From IMG/VR virus record IMGVR_UViG_3300047202_000291: 64,000 nt of DNA, one strand, 5' to 3'. This DNA is from a virus (Duplodnaviria; Heunggongvirae; Uroviricota; Caudoviricetes). The notes beneath the pieces were generated by a model. That model was given only the letters and a program-made list of their open reading frames with translations, made no database searches and had not been told where the DNA came from. Of the stretch, positions 63,203 through 64,000 are shown in pieces (within the stretch, counting starts at the first letter, position 1; the number at the start of each line of letters is the position of its first letter). Made by a program: the position numbers and the translations under genes.

Positions 63203-64000
63203 ATGGATGTGAAATATAAATACCGTGTTGAGAAAAAGATAATTAAAGCAGCAGATCTCAACAACGGCTTCTTTCAGCAGCTGCAAAACAGAAGAAAAAT
63301 AAGGTCAGCGACAGTAAAGGCAATTCTTGAGCGCCTCAATGACGGCAAGCATTTTGGAACGCCATTGCACGTGAACAAGATAGAGCGGAATGCCTATATA
63401 ATAGACGGCAACCATCGTTGGGAAGCCATTAAGAGATTCTTGGCAGAAGACCCAAATAACACAGTAGAGGTTACCTTATTTATTTATGACAACCTCACTG
63501 GAGATGAAGAGAAGGACGTCTATACGACAGTGAACAAAGCCAACAAGCAAAACACCAATGATGTGGTGAAGCAGTATGAGGATGAGATCAACATCCTTAA
63601 GTTCTTCGCCAACGGCTGGCAAGAAGGTGGCACCTTGAAGCAATTCCCTGTGGATGTGACAATATACCCTCAGCCGAACACAGTGTCGTTCTACAGGCTT
63701 GTAGGGGCTTACCTTGCATGCAAGGCACAGAATTGGTACGGAGGCTATATGGGCACGCCTTGGGAGTTTGTTGATGAGGCAAAGGGCCTTAGGCTGCAGG
63801 ATGTAAAGGAGATGTCTGCATTTATGGCTGACTTTATGCAGGCATTCGGTGGCGTAGTGAAGAACAATAACTGGCTCAGAGGCACAGCTCTTACAGCAGT
63901 GATGAAGCTCTGGATTGACAACAGGGCAAACATACCTCCTAATAGGATGGTGTGGCTCTTCGAGAAAAGGCTTTATAACGATGCTAAGGCAGTTGACTTG
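63203..64000 (+). CDS. ParB/DUF262 (DGQHR-like) domain protein, 3'-partial; higher GC than the rest of the window
   Basis: SD AAGGAGAG upstream. TPLHVNKIERNAYIIDGNHRWEAIKRF. No stop before the window end. Confidence 0.6.
   Translation, partial: MDVKYKYRVEKKIIKAADLNNGFFQQLQNRRKIRSATVKAILERLNDGKHFGTPLHVNKIERNAYIIDGNHRWEAIKRFLAEDPNNTVEVTLFIYDNLTGDEEKDVYTTVNKANKQNTNDVVKQYEDEINILKFFANGWQEGGTLKQFPVDVTIYPQPNTVSFYRLVGAYLACKAQNWYGGYMGTPWEFVDEAKGLRLQDVKEMSAFMADFMQAFGGVVKNNNWLRGTALTAVMKLWIDNRANIPPNRMVWLFEKRLYNDAKAVDL

Noticed and set aside
1-64000. CRISPR array search
   Set aside because: No run of regularly spaced 25-40-nt direct repeats with unique spacers was seen. The only tandem repeats are the iterons, GGTGCGTA x3 and the intron GCCCAGAAT x3.

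Overview
This reads as a virus-like, unidirectional gene array in which essentially every credible gene lies on the + strand; it is AT-rich (about 38-40% GC by eye). The window starts inside a >1,300-aa surface/adhesin-like protein with beta-propeller repeats and ends inside a ParB/DUF262-like gene of noticeably higher GC.

Main blocks, in order:
- 4.3-7.8 kb: four tandem genes (DNA ligase, ParB-like nuclease, topoisomerase-IB-like, unknown) that all carry the same ~20-aa N-terminal peptide.
- 10.0-11.4 kb: an AEP primase-like gene next to an 0.8-kb ORF-free, iteron-rich putative replication origin.
- 11.4-18.6 kb: a dense field of tiny zinc-ribbon ORFs, with a second ATP-dependent ligase at 16.6 kb.
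- 19.1-22.1 kb: an amidoligase / class-II glutamine amidotransferase / amidoligase cluster.
- 23.8-24.5 kb: a metallophosphoesterase and an Hjc-type Holliday junction resolvase.
- 26.8-32.2 kb: a MoxR AAA+ ATPase paired with a VWA/HExxH protein.
- 44.4-48.0 kb: a membrane module (LemA, SPFH/band-7, pilin-like protein).
- 51.9-58.4 kb: MazG, two transglutaminase-like proteins and a GtrA-like protein.
- 58.9-63.1 kb: a ~4.2-kb array of about 22 tRNA genes interrupted by two HNH homing endonucleases.

Several features point to an archaeal virus or provirus rather than a bacteriophage:
- Several tRNAs carry short introns at the canonical 37/38 position.
- tRNA-Tyr has a short variable arm.
- One tRNA encodes its 3' CCA.
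- BRE/TATA-like promoters with near-leaderless starts occur (e.g. GCGAAACATTTATATAT).
- There is an Hjc-type resolvase, a class-III signal-peptide pilin-like protein, and dense N-x-S/T sequons in the giant surface protein.
- Strong GGAGGT-like Shine-Dalgarno motifs are also common, so the host assignment is an inference.

All functional calls rest on motif recognition by eye and need HMM or structure searches to confirm.
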